In this document: positions 9,547-18,784 of the stretch, one piece after another
Layout: each line of letters opens with the position of its first letter
Position numbering within the stretch: position 1 is the first letter of the stretch
Assembly (NCBI GenBank): GCA_041164585.1
Contig: JBEAPC010000254.1
Location: forward strand, 4,159-68,158
Direction of reading: 5' to 3'
Length of the DNA: 64,000 bases
Origin: Bacteroidota bacterium
Lineage (GTDB): Bacteria; Bacteroidota; Bacteroidia; Chitinophagales; Chitinophagaceae
Notes under the pieces: generated by a model
Databases searched by the model: none
The model's input: the letters and a program-made list of their open reading frames with translations, nothing else
What the model was told of the DNA's origin: nothing
Translations under genes and position numbers: made by a program

Positions 9547-10614
9547 TTATTTTTTAGCGCGTTGGTATTGACCCGGCCAGGCTGTATCTACTCCTAATTC
9601 TTTTGCAGCGTGTAATGGAAAATATGGATCGCGCAGCAATTCCCTACCCAAGAAAATCAGATCTGCTTCTCCTTGCTCCAAAATAGTTTGTGCAAGACTA
9701 GCTTGTGTAATTAAACCAACAGCCCCTGTTGCAATATCCGCTCCATCTCTAACCGCTTTGGATAAGGGTACTTGATAGCCGGGTGTTAGCGCAATTTTGG
9801 CATTGGCTGCATTGCCCCCAGATGAACAATCAATCAAGTCAATGCCTAGATTTTTTAATTCCTTAGCTAGCGCGATACTATCTTCAATGGTCCATCCACC
9901 CTCTACCCATTCAGTGGCAGAAATGCGAACAAAAAGGGGCAACTCATCTGGCCATACCAATTTAACTGCTTTAACTATCTCTATTAAAAACCGGCATCTG
10001 TTTTCAAAATTCCCACCCCATTCATCTGTTCTATGATTGCTTAATGGCGATAAAAATTCATTTATTAAATAGCCGTGTGCTGCGTGTAATTCTATCAATT
10101 GAAACCCTGCTTGATGTGCCCTTGCAGCTGCTTGAGCAAATTGGGTAATCAAATCAGTAATTTCTGCTGTTGTTAATGCATGTGGTAGAGCATATTTATC
10201 ATTAAAAGCAATTGCAGATGGAGCAATAGGTTCCCAGCCACCTTGGTCTTTGGATAATAATGCAGTGCCTACCCATGGTTGCGGAAAGCTGGCTTTTCTT
10301 CCAGCATGTGCCAATTGTATGCCTGCTACTGAACCTTGTTCCTTAATAAAATCAGTGATCCTTTTAAGCGCTGGTATATGTTCCTCTTTCCAAAGTCCTA
10401 AGTCATTTGGGGTAATCCTACCTTCCGCCGCCACGGCACAGGCTTCTGCAATGATTAAACCAGCACCACCAACTGCTCGGCTACCCAAATGAACCAAGTG
10501 CCAATCATTAGCCATGCCATCAATAGCAGAATACTGACACATGGGTGATACTACTATCCTATTTTTTAATTGGATAGATTTAAGTTGAAACGGTTGGAAA
10601 AGCAGAGAAGTCAA
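9547..10614 (-). CDS. namA: NADH:flavin oxidoreductase, old yellow enzyme (YqjM/NamA-like)
   Basis: SPMCQYS, QLAHAGRKAS, ELHAAHGYL, RTDEWGG, GRELLRDPY. Confidence 0.9.
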   Translation of the reverse strand: MTSLLFQPFQLKSIQLKNRIVVSPMCQYSAIDGMANDWHLVHLGSRAVGGAGLIIAEACAVAAEGRITPNDLGLWKEEHIPALKRITDFIKEQGSVAGIQLAHAGRKASFPQPWVGTALLSKDQGGWEPIAPSAIAFNDKYALPHALTTAEITDLITQFAQAAARAHQAGFQLIELHAAHGYLINEFLSPLSNHRTDEWGGNFENRCRFLIEIVKAVKLVWPDELPLFVRISATEWVEGGWTIEDSIALAKELKNLGIDLIDCSSGGNAANAKIALTPGYQVPLSKAVRDGADIATGAVGLITQASLAQTILEQGEADLIFLGRELLRDPYFPLHAAKELGVDTAWPGQYQRAKK

Positions 10615-10722
10615 TTTACTATGATTGATAGGTTAGTGAAAATCAGGTACACTATTTTTTGATATTCAAAACTACAACCAAAGCATTATTTCAGTTTTAA
10701 AATCTCATAATTTTACAAATAC

Positions 10723-12999
10723 TTAGGCGTTAAATGGAATATGAACGGCCACCAAAGTTCCCCTTCCGGGTGCAGAATCCCATTCTACAGTTCCTTTTAA
10801 GTACTGAATTCTGGAGCTGATATTCTGTAAACCAATACCATCAGTAGGTCTTGTGATACTTGGGTCAAAACCTTTACCATTGTCTTCAATCAAGACATCA
10901 ATTCCAGTACTATCCTGATTAATGGAAATGTCTAATACGCTTGCTTGTGCGTGCTTAACCACATTGTTCACGCTTTCTTGAATAACTCGGTATAAAATGG
11001 TTTCAATATGAGAGGGCAACGGATTCTTTAATTCTTCTGTTGCTAAATGAATACTGAGTTTTCCTGTATTGAGTTGAGAGATAAATTCTCTTACCGCATT
11101 TACCAAGCCCTTTCTTAAAAGTGCATTCGGCATCATGTTATGACTTACCTGACGCACTTCATTACAACTTTCTTTAACCAGTTCCAATGTTTTATTAAAC
11201 ATAGGATAAGTTGGTGATTGCTCATCTTTCATAGATTCATCTAATGCTTGCAGGTTCATCCAAGCTGCAGTCATTAATTGACCTACACCATCATGTAAAT
11301 CACTGGCAATTCTTTTGCGCTCTTTTTCTTCTGCTTCAATAATGGCAATAGTGGCTTTTTCCTGTTGTTCTGCTAGTGCTATTTGAGACTGTTGTTCCTG
11401 TCTGGCAACTCTTTGTCTGTAATATAAAAAGCCACTTAACAATAATAATGCTGCAAGAATGGAAATACCAATAATGGTTTGATTACGTCTGGTTAGGGCT
11501 AGTTCCTGATAATTTAGTACTAATAATTGAATACGCTTTTCGTTATCAAGGGTTCTGATTTTTTCTTCTTTTTGTGTACTGTCTAATCTATTTTGAAGTA
11601 TGATTTCATTTTTGGTTCTGAGCTCCAAACTGTCCTGTGTAATTTGTAAATCAGCATCTAGTAAAGCCAGTTGCTGGTTGCTAATTTTCAAACTTTTAAT
11701 ACTATCAGCTTTGTTTAATAAACTAATCCTTAATTCCTTTTTCTCTACTTCATATTTGGTCTGCGTTTCTGCCACCTGTCGGGTTACGCGTTCATTCAAA
11801 GATTTGTCATTAATGGCCACGTATTTACTTCTATAATTAAACGCTCCCTGATAATTACCCATTCCAGAATCCAACATAGCACGATGATTATAGATCTCTC
11901 CAAATGTGTATTCATCTGCGCCAAATTGAACTGCGGTTTTTTCTGCTTCTACCAACCAGTTGAGTGCTTCAGGATATTTTTTTAGTAAGGTATAGGCATG
12001 GCCAATATTTTGTTGAACCAATGCCACACCTTGTTTGGATTGATTTTCCTGACTTATTTCTAAGGCTTTTTTTAGATGCGGTATGGCGTCTTCATATTTC
12101 TCCAAGCGAATATTAATGGCTCCCAGATTATTATAGCATACTACTACGCCCCTTTTAAAATTTGATTTTTCAAAATTAACTTTGGCTTTTTCAAGATATT
12201 CAAGTGCTCTTGGATAGTCTAGTTGGTTTACATAAACATTGGTAAGATTGATCTGTGAAATACCAATATTCCTATAGTCATTATTTTTACTTGCATTATC
12301 AATACATAGGTTATAATATTTAATGGCTTCAGGATAATTTTTGATATCCATATGAAGCTTGCCCAGATTATTCAATGTACCGGCAATATCCTTATCATGG
12401 TTTGCTTCTTGAATTTTCAAAGACTTGACCATATAGTCAATGGCTACGTCTTTTTCTCCTTTTTCATTGTACATTAAACCCAATGCATGATAGGTAGCTG
12501 ATAAACCTTTTTGATTCTTTGTTTTCAGGAAAATCTTTTCTGCTTTTTCCAAAGCTGCTATTGCATTGGCGTATTGTTGCATGAGTAAATAAGCCTGGCC
12601 AATATTTCTATAAGTGAGGCCTTGTTGGTTTTCATCTTTGAGTTCTGTCCAAAGAATCAAGGATTCTTGAAAAAAAGGCAAGGCTTTTAGTGGATTGGTT
12701 TTATACAAAAAGAAATTACCCTTTACGTCTAATGAACCAGCCAGACCGGGTTTGAATTTCAGTGATTTGGCTTTTTCTTCAGCCTGATTGGCATAAGAAA
12801 AAGTATTGACAGAATCCGTTGTTGAATACCGATAGGCAATCTTGTTCAAGGTATTTACTTGAAAGGTATCTTGCCTACTATTTTTGAGTAGTGACTTTAG
12901 GCTGTCAATTTCTTTGTTCAATTGTGCGTTTGCAACAATGGGCAAAGTAAAAAGCAGCAAAAACAGTGTTTTAGGGATAAACCGTTGCAGCATAACCAA
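10723..12999 (-). CDS. TPR-repeat sensor histidine kinase (HisKA_3/NarX-type core)
   Basis: Multiple TPRs, one TM helix, ERKRIASDLHDGVGQ, QESVNNVVKHA, EDNGKGF, GIGL. Confidence 0.9.
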   Translation of the reverse strand: MVMLQRFIPKTLFLLLFTLPIVANAQLNKEIDSLKSLLKNSRQDTFQVNTLNKIAYRYSTTDSVNTFSYANQAEEKAKSLKFKPGLAGSLDVKGNFFLYKTNPLKALPFFQESLILWTELKDENQQGLTYRNIGQAYLLMQQYANAIAALEKAEKIFLKTKNQKGLSATYHALGLMYNEKGEKDVAIDYMVKSLKIQEANHDKDIAGTLNNLGKLHMDIKNYPEAIKYYNLCIDNASKNNDYRNIGISQINLTNVYVNQLDYPRALEYLEKAKVNFEKSNFKRGVVVCYNNLGAINIRLEKYEDAIPHLKKALEISQENQSKQGVALVQQNIGHAYTLLKKYPEALNWLVEAEKTAVQFGADEYTFGEIYNHRAMLDSGMGNYQGAFNYRSKYVAINDKSLNERVTRQVAETQTKYEVEKKELRISLLNKADSIKSLKISNQQLALLDADLQITQDSLELRTKNEIILQNRLDSTQKEEKIRTLDNEKRIQLLVLNYQELALTRRNQTIIGISILAALLLLSGFLYYRQRVARQEQQSQIALAEQQEKATIAIIEAEEKERKRIASDLHDGVGQLMTAAWMNLQALDESMKDEQSPTYPMFNKTLELVKESCNEVRQVSHNMMPNALLRKGLVNAVREFISQLNTGKLSIHLATEELKNPLPSHIETILYRVIQESVNNVVKHAQASVLDISINQDSTGIDVLIEDNGKGFDPSITRPTDGIGLQNISSRIQYLKGTVEWDSAPGRGTLVAVHIPFNA

Positions 13000-13143
13000 A
13001 TATAATTCTTAGCCCTTTATATTCCAGATAATTTTGGCTATCAGATTGAATTTGAATCACAAAGCGATTTTTAAAGCGCTTTTCTTAATTTTAATCCATC
13101 GTCACATCATTCGGAAACCCTAGATTCCGGCAAAAAACAGAGA

Positions 13144-13698
13144 ATGGTCCAAATTACCCGGGTTACTCATCCAGAAGAATTACTAGGCATTCAGCAATTA
13201 CAAGCAGAAAATCTGCGTAAGCATATTGATGCAACAGAAGCGGCCAGCCAGGGTTTTCTAATGGCAGAATATAGTTTGGAATTTCTAAAGACCATGCATC
13301 ATGCAGCCCCAAGCATTATTGCTAAAGACGGTAATAAAGTGGTTGGGTATGCGCTAGTGGCTACTGAAGCAGTAAGGGCGGAACATGATTTATTGGCCGA
13401 TTTGTTTAATACCATTGACATAACCCTTTTTGAATCAAAACTACTCAAGGGTTCTAAATATGTAGTAGTAGGTCAACTTTGTATTGCCAAAGACTATCGT
13501 GGACAAGGATTGGTGCAACAACTCTATGGACATTTTAAATCATGCCTAGAAGACCAATTTGATTTTTGTATCACGGATGTTGCCCAAGCCAATGCCCGCT
13601 CCTTAAAAGCACACAAAAATACCGGCTACCAAGTCATTGACACCCTTAGTTATGGCGGTATTGCATGGGATATTGTCCTTTGGGATTGGAGAAAATAA
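13144..13698 (+). CDS. GNAT-family acetyltransferase
   Basis: GQLCIAKDYRGQGL acetyl-CoA motif; N.RS..AH...G. Confidence 0.8.
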   Translation: MVQITRVTHPEELLGIQQLQAENLRKHIDATEAASQGFLMAEYSLEFLKTMHHAAPSIIAKDGNKVVGYALVATEAVRAEHDLLADLFNTIDITLFESKLLKGSKYVVVGQLCIAKDYRGQGLVQQLYGHFKSCLEDQFDFCITDVAQANARSLKAHKNTGYQVIDTLSYGGIAWDIVLWDWRK

Positions 13699-13727
13699 TA
13701 CCCTTTGAAGACTGGATTGAATTTTAA

Positions 13728-13751
13728 CAATGTAAAGTTAGCTTTACATTG
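13728..13751. promoter_or_regulatory. Perfect inverted repeat, likely operator of the downstream XRE regulator
   Basis: CAATGTAAAG-ttag-CTTTACATTG, 26 nt upstream of the 13778 start. Confidence 0.7.
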
Positions 13752-13777
13752 CAATCTTTCTTAGTTTTAAGAAAAAA

Positions 13778-14248
13778 ATGCAAAGAAGCTTTCTTTTGCC
13801 ATATAGGTTTAAACCTATTGGTGCAGTGATGATGCCTGTGGGGTTGTTTATTTGGATTTGGTCACAGTTGAATTTATCTGAATCAAAGTTGTCAACTTAT
13901 TTAAATGGTTTAGAACCTACCAATATTCATCTGATTAAAGTGACTATTTTAACCATTTCATTTTTCAGCTGCCTATTAGGTATGTTTTTTCTAGTATTTT
14001 CTAAGGAGAAAGAAGAAGACGAATATGTTGCCGATCTGCGCTTGAAATCCTTTCAGTTGGCAGCTTTTGTACAAATGACTTTTTTCTTAATTGCCTTTTT
14101 ATATATGTTCTTGTTTAAGAAAGAGCCATCAGGTGATGCTGGTCTTGAATTATTTTTAATTGCTTCTATTTTCCTTTTTTGGTTTTCTTATATCAGTTGC
14201 TTTCAATTTTCCATTCTTAAAAACAAGTTGCAAGCAAATGAAGAATAA
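13778..14248 (+). CDS. Hypothetical 4-TM membrane protein
   Basis: LLPYRFK.IG N-terminus, SKEKEEDE....RL.S motif, four hydrophobic stretches; overlaps the XRE gene. Confidence 0.7.
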   Translation: MQRSFLLPYRFKPIGAVMMPVGLFIWIWSQLNLSESKLSTYLNGLEPTNIHLIKVTILTISFFSCLLGMFFLVFSKEKEEDEYVADLRLKSFQLAAFVQMTFFLIAFLYMFLFKKEPSGDAGLELFLIASIFLFWFSYISCFQFSILKNKLQANEE

Positions 14249-14441
14249 TATTAGGGAAGAAAGATTGGAAATAGGAATAACTCAACAGGCTTTGGCTGAA
14301 ACTATTGGTGTATCTAGGCAAACCATTTTTGCCATTGAAACGGGTAAATATATTCCATCGGCCATACTAGTTCTAAAACTTTCTAGGGCCCTTTCAAAAC
14401 CTGTTGAGTCTTTATTTAGTTTGGAGAAAATAGACGGATAA
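14238..14441 (+). CDS. XRE-family helix-turn-helix regulator (start at ATG 14238)
   Basis: MKNNIREER...TQQALA..IGVSRQTI.AIE.GKY.PS...L...VESLF. Confidence 0.9.
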   Translation: MKNNIREERLEIGITQQALAETIGVSRQTIFAIETGKYIPSAILVLKLSRALSKPVESLFSLEKIDG

Positions 14442-14849
14442 TTATCTTCTAGGTTTTTGACCACCGCGTTTTTCCTTTACTTTTTCTTTTTGCTCTTCCA
14501 TGAGTTTTAAGTAGTCTGAATATTGTTGTTCTGTAAGAATTGCTTTCATGGAAAGATCTTTGGCGTCATTCAATTGTTTTACTTCTTGCATTTTTTTCAT
14601 CTTGCCTCCTTTGCTATCTCTTGTTGCAACAAGTTTGGTAGAGAAATCCAATATAGTTGCGGACACTTTGGGTTCTTGCTCTGCAGTTAATGACAATTTT
14701 CGCTTGAGCTGCTGTGTCTGCATTTTAGCCAATTCTTCAGGGCTTCTTTTGGCTTTTGCCTTACTACTGTCTTGTGCCATGGTGGTGCCTGCAACACTGA
14801 TGGCCATTGCTAATAAAAAAAAGCGGATCAACTGTTTCATAGTTTTCAA
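14442..14849 (-). CDS. Small exported helical protein (DUF4890/LTXXQ-like)
   Basis: Signal peptide; L.LTAEQ and ILTEQQY repeats; Lys-rich. Confidence 0.6.
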   Translation of the reverse strand: MKTMKQLIRFFLLAMAISVAGTTMAQDSSKAKAKRSPEELAKMQTQQLKRKLSLTAEQEPKVSATILDFSTKLVATRDSKGGKMKKMQEVKQLNDAKDLSMKAILTEQQYSDYLKLMEEQKEKVKEKRGGQKPRR

Positions 14850-14903
14850 TTTTAACTATGACCACCAGTTGATCCGCAGGTTTAATTTTTTTTATTTCTT
14901 AAC

Positions 14904-16130
14904 TTATTTTTTGCTTATTCTGAAAAGAATGCCTCCGTCTGAGATGGCATAGAGAGCTCCATTTAATTGGGTAATATCGCGGATACGCTCGTGCTGGTCT
15001 TCAATTAATCTTTCTTCACCAACTACTTTGTTGTTCTCAATAACCAATCGGGCAATATGGGTGCTACTTAAACCCCCAATAAATAGATTGTTCTTCCATT
15101 CAGGAATGGCATCACCAGTATAAAATACCATGCCGCCTGGAGAAAGTACAGGTTCCCAATAATATACGGGTTGTTCCATGCCATCTTTTTGTTGAATACC
15201 ATCACCTACTTTACGGTCATCATATTCCAGACCATAAGTGATGGTGGGCCATCCATAGTTTTTACCAGGTTGAATCCTATTTAATTCATCGCCACCCTGT
15301 GGTCCAAATTCTGCTTCCCATAATTCTCCGGTTATAGGATGAATGTCTAGACTTTGGGGATTGCGATGTCCATACGAATAGATTTCTGGTTTAGCATCGG
15401 CCACGCCAATAAAAGGATTTCCTGTAGCGGGTTTTCCATCTTTGGTAATTTTAAAAATCTTACCTAATCCAGAATTTAACCACTGTGCCTGCTTTCTCCC
15501 ATCTAAAATGGATCTTTCGCCAGCACTCACAAATAAATTGCCGTCCTTATCAAATAACAATCTAGAACCAAAATGTAATTCACTGTTTAAATCAGGGGTA
15601 GCTTGGAAAATAACCACTGGATTTTCAATTTTGCTTTCATCAGCTGAGAGCACTCCTTTTGCTACTGCAGTCAAATTGCCCTGTCCAGATTTTTGTGAAA
15701 AACTCCAATAAAGGGTTTTATTTTTTGCAAAGTCTGGATCCAACGCCAAGTCTAATAGTCCACCCTGACCTTTGAATTCAACAGCTGGTAGACCCGTAAT
15801 TTTTTTGATCAATTTTCCATCTGCGCCAAACAAACTAATATAGCCAGATCTATCAGAGATGAGTAATCTTCCATCTGGTGTAGTTATAACTGCCCAAGGG
15901 TTGCCAATTTTTTCAGCAATTCTTTCTACTTGATAAGCTGTAGTTGTCTTTACTCGATTAATTCTAGTTTGGCCTTCAAAAGCGGGTTTGTATCCAGATT
16001 TGGATGCTCGGGTTTCAACAGGCCCTGTAGTACTAGTGTCTTTGACGGTTTCTTTTTGTGGGCCAGTTTTACAACTGAGAACCAGTAAGCAGGTGGAGGC
16101 TGCAAACAAACTTAGGGTGATTTTTTTCAT
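14904..16130 (-). CDS. PQQ-dependent soluble aldose/glucose dehydrogenase (YliI/GSDH family), lipoprotein
   Basis: Lipobox VLSC; GQGGLLD, HFGSRL, YGHRNPQ, EFGPQGGDELN, NYGWP; likely start MKKITL at 16130. Confidence 0.9.
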   Translation of the reverse strand: MKKITLSLFAASTCLLVLSCKTGPQKETVKDTSTTGPVETRASKSGYKPAFEGQTRINRVKTTTAYQVERIAEKIGNPWAVITTPDGRLLISDRSGYISLFGADGKLIKKITGLPAVEFKGQGGLLDLALDPDFAKNKTLYWSFSQKSGQGNLTAVAKGVLSADESKIENPVVIFQATPDLNSELHFGSRLLFDKDGNLFVSAGERSILDGRKQAQWLNSGLGKIFKITKDGKPATGNPFIGVADAKPEIYSYGHRNPQSLDIHPITGELWEAEFGPQGGDELNRIQPGKNYGWPTITYGLEYDDRKVGDGIQQKDGMEQPVYYWEPVLSPGGMVFYTGDAIPEWKNNLFIGGLSSTHIARLVIENNKVVGEERLIEDQHERIRDITQLNGALYAISDGGILFRISKK

Positions 16131-16202
16131 GATAGTATTTGCAATGTTATAGTGCCAAAATAACATAAATTCGTGATTATCACAGTACCAAAAACCAACT
16201 TT

Positions 16203-16700
16203 GTGAAAAAGCGAAACAACTATATTTCTTGGGATGAGTATTTTATGGGTGTAGCTATTCTATCAGCTAAAAGAAGCAAGGATCCTAATACACAAGTGGG
16301 TGCTTGTATTGTCAACAAGAAAAATCGGATTGTGGGTACAGGATATAATGGACTTCCAGCAGGTTGTAGTGATGATGATTTTCCTTGGAACAAGCAAGGC
16401 GAATTCTTGGAGACAAAATATCCTTATGTATGCCATGCAGAACTGAATGCAATTCTAAATAATATAGGCATGGATTTAGCCGGTTGCCGAATTTACACTG
16501 CCCTATTTCCATGTAACGAGTGTAGTAAAGCCATTATTCAATCTGGTATTTCTGAAGTAGTGTATCTCTCCGATAAATATGAAGCCACAGATACAGCCAA
16601 AGCATCAAAACGAATGTTAGAAAATGCTGCTGTGGTTTGCAGAAAGGTTGTAACAAGTATCAAACACTTGCAAATTTCTTTTGAAGAAAAAGATGTTTAG
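16203..16700 (+). CDS. dCMP deaminase
   Basis: SWDEYFM, RSKDPNTQVGACIV, GYNG, HAE and PCNEC zinc motifs; GTG start at 16203 likely. Confidence 0.9.
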   Translation: MKKRNNYISWDEYFMGVAILSAKRSKDPNTQVGACIVNKKNRIVGTGYNGLPAGCSDDDFPWNKQGEFLETKYPYVCHAELNAILNNIGMDLAGCRIYTALFPCNECSKAIIQSGISEVVYLSDKYEATDTAKASKRMLENAAVVCRKVVTSIKHLQISFEEKDV

Positions 16701-18556
16701 CTGTTTTTTAATTCAGTTAGTTCTTTCAAATCACTCAAACGATACCCATCTTTTAGTTTTTTTGGAATTGTAAAAAAGAAAGTAGTACCAACCCCCTCTT
16801 CTGATTCAAGCCAAATTTTCCCACCCAAACTTTCAATGGTTTTTTTAACTACTGATAGTCCAATTCCTGTTCCAGAGAAGGTATTATTGTCGTGCAGCCT
16901 TTGAAAAATCTCAAAGATTTTTTCAAAATATCTTGGATGAATACCAATACCATTGTCTTTGAACGAAAATTCCCAATCTTTATCCTTATTTAAAACTGCA
17001 ATTTCTAAAAGGGGTGCTATGCCTTCTTTTTTATATTTGAGGGCATTACTAACAAGATTCTGTAAAACTTGTGCTAAAGGGATTCTCAAACTTCTAATAA
17101 TTGGAAGAGAACCATATTTAATTTCAGCTTCTGTATCCATTATCTGTTGCATTTGAAGCTTTAAAATTCCATCTAATAAATGATTCAAATCAAGGTCTTC
17201 CATTTCATATTCACCTAATTTACCAACCCTAGAGAATTCTAATAAATCCAAAATAATTTGGCGCATTCTTTCTGAACCATCTACTGCATAATGGATATAG
17301 GTCAAAGCTTTTTCATCTAAATCCTTACTGTATTTCTTTTTAAGCAGTTGAAGAAAACTAGTAACCATTCTTAAAGGTTCTTGCAAGTCATGAGAAGCCA
17401 CGTAAGCAAATTTTTCCAATTCTTCATTGGTCCTTTTTAGTAAGTTTAATGTTTTTTCAAGTTTTAATTCTACTTTTTTAACCGAAGTAATATCCATACC
17501 ATAGCCAATCATAAATTTTAATTCGTTCTCTTCAAAATAGGGGTGATATTTTCTAAGCACATAGTTTGTTGAATTTCCATTTTGATGTTCGTCTATAAAT
17601 TCAAATACTTTATTGTCAGATATGGCTTTTTGAAAGAATTCTTTTCTGCGAACGGCAATTTCAAGATTTTTATTCTTTAATTTAAAGAAATCAAAATCAT
17701 CCTTACCAATCATCCATTCCCTCAATGATTTGTCCTTAATGGCACTGGAGTTTAGGTAAATGTATTTTTGTGAACTATCTAAAACGGCTAAATCTGCAGG
17801 TATATTATCAAGGATATCGCTATAAAACTGTTTCTGTTTAATAACTTCTAATTCTGCTTTTTTCTTTTCTGTGATATCTGTATAGTTCCAAAAATGGCCT
17901 TTAAATTCACCATTATGATGAATAGAAGCATAAGATCTTTCTAAAAATTTACCATCTTTGGTTTCAAGGATCTCAGAAGCAATGTTTTTCCTATTACTCA
18001 TGATTTGCTCAACCCTTTTTAAGAAGGTCTCTGGGTGTAAAAACAAATTGCTTATTTGAAGCAACTTAGGAATAAAATTATTTCCTTGTAATTTTTGCTT
18101 CTCTTGATCTAACCCAAACAAACTACTAAATTGATTATTACAATAAAGTACTTTTTGTTTTTCATTTTCAAGTAATATACCAGATTTAAGATTGTTGATA
18201 ATGGATGAGAATACTGACTCAGCATTACTTCTCTTGATTAATTCATTTTTCACAAAATTGGAGAGCACCAAAATATCTTCTTCTTCAATTCTGTGATGAA
18301 TGTCTTTGATAAGATGGATGGATTCCTTAAGATTGTCAATGGAAGCCTCCCTTTTACTAATTACCTCTTTCAAAATGGCATTTGCTTCTAAATTTTCCTT
18401 GTCAGAAACTTCAAAAGCCCGATTAGTAAGTTGATGTTCGTTTTCAAAACTGTAATAGGATTTATTGACCACGTCAATAAAAGACCGTATTTCCTTGTTT
18501 TCAAGGTAATTAGGGGGCAAAAATTTTTCAATCTGTATTTGCAGAAGCTGGTGCAT
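16697..18556 (-). CDS. Cytoplasmic PAS-domain sensor histidine kinase
   Basis: Two PAS-like regions; FAYVASHDLQEPLR, QNLVSNALKY, DNGIGI, GTGIGL; no TM helix. Confidence 0.9.
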   Translation of the reverse strand: MHQLLQIQIEKFLPPNYLENKEIRSFIDVVNKSYYSFENEHQLTNRAFEVSDKENLEANAILKEVISKREASIDNLKESIHLIKDIHHRIEEEDILVLSNFVKNELIKRSNAESVFSSIINNLKSGILLENEKQKVLYCNNQFSSLFGLDQEKQKLQGNNFIPKLLQISNLFLHPETFLKRVEQIMSNRKNIASEILETKDGKFLERSYASIHHNGEFKGHFWNYTDITEKKKAELEVIKQKQFYSDILDNIPADLAVLDSSQKYIYLNSSAIKDKSLREWMIGKDDFDFFKLKNKNLEIAVRRKEFFQKAISDNKVFEFIDEHQNGNSTNYVLRKYHPYFEENELKFMIGYGMDITSVKKVELKLEKTLNLLKRTNEELEKFAYVASHDLQEPLRMVTSFLQLLKKKYSKDLDEKALTYIHYAVDGSERMRQIILDLLEFSRVGKLGEYEMEDLDLNHLLDGILKLQMQQIMDTEAEIKYGSLPIIRSLRIPLAQVLQNLVSNALKYKKEGIAPLLEIAVLNKDKDWEFSFKDNGIGIHPRYFEKIFEIFQRLHDNNTFSGTGIGLSVVKKTIESLGGKIWLESEEGVGTTFFFTIPKKLKDGYRLSDLKELTELKNS

Positions 18557-18683
18557 GGGGGCAATTCAGTTCTAAAGTATCAATTATTCAAGCTTGGAAA
18601 ATTAAGACATTAACATTGATGTTTTGACATTAAATTTTGCTCAAAAAGTTATATAAATGAATCTTAAAGTAGTTACGCTCAAC

Positions 18684-18695
18684 GAAATCGTTTTC
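18684..18695. promoter_or_regulatory. Possible LacI-type operator upstream of the GH3 gene
   Basis: GAAATCGTTTTC fits GnAAnCGnTTnC; a short motif, so chance is possible. Confidence 0.3.
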
Positions 18696-18784
18696 TTAAA
18701 TATCGCTTCTTAGTTCACCGATTTTCTAGAGTAAATCAGCCAAAGCGTATCTAAAATTGTAAATTGTTTACGTAAAGCACTGCC

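Noticed and set aside
16203-16700. Deaminase as a possible anti-phage dCTP-depletion system
   Set aside because: Short stand-alone housekeeping-type dCMP deaminase with no kinase/P-loop domain and no defence neighbours
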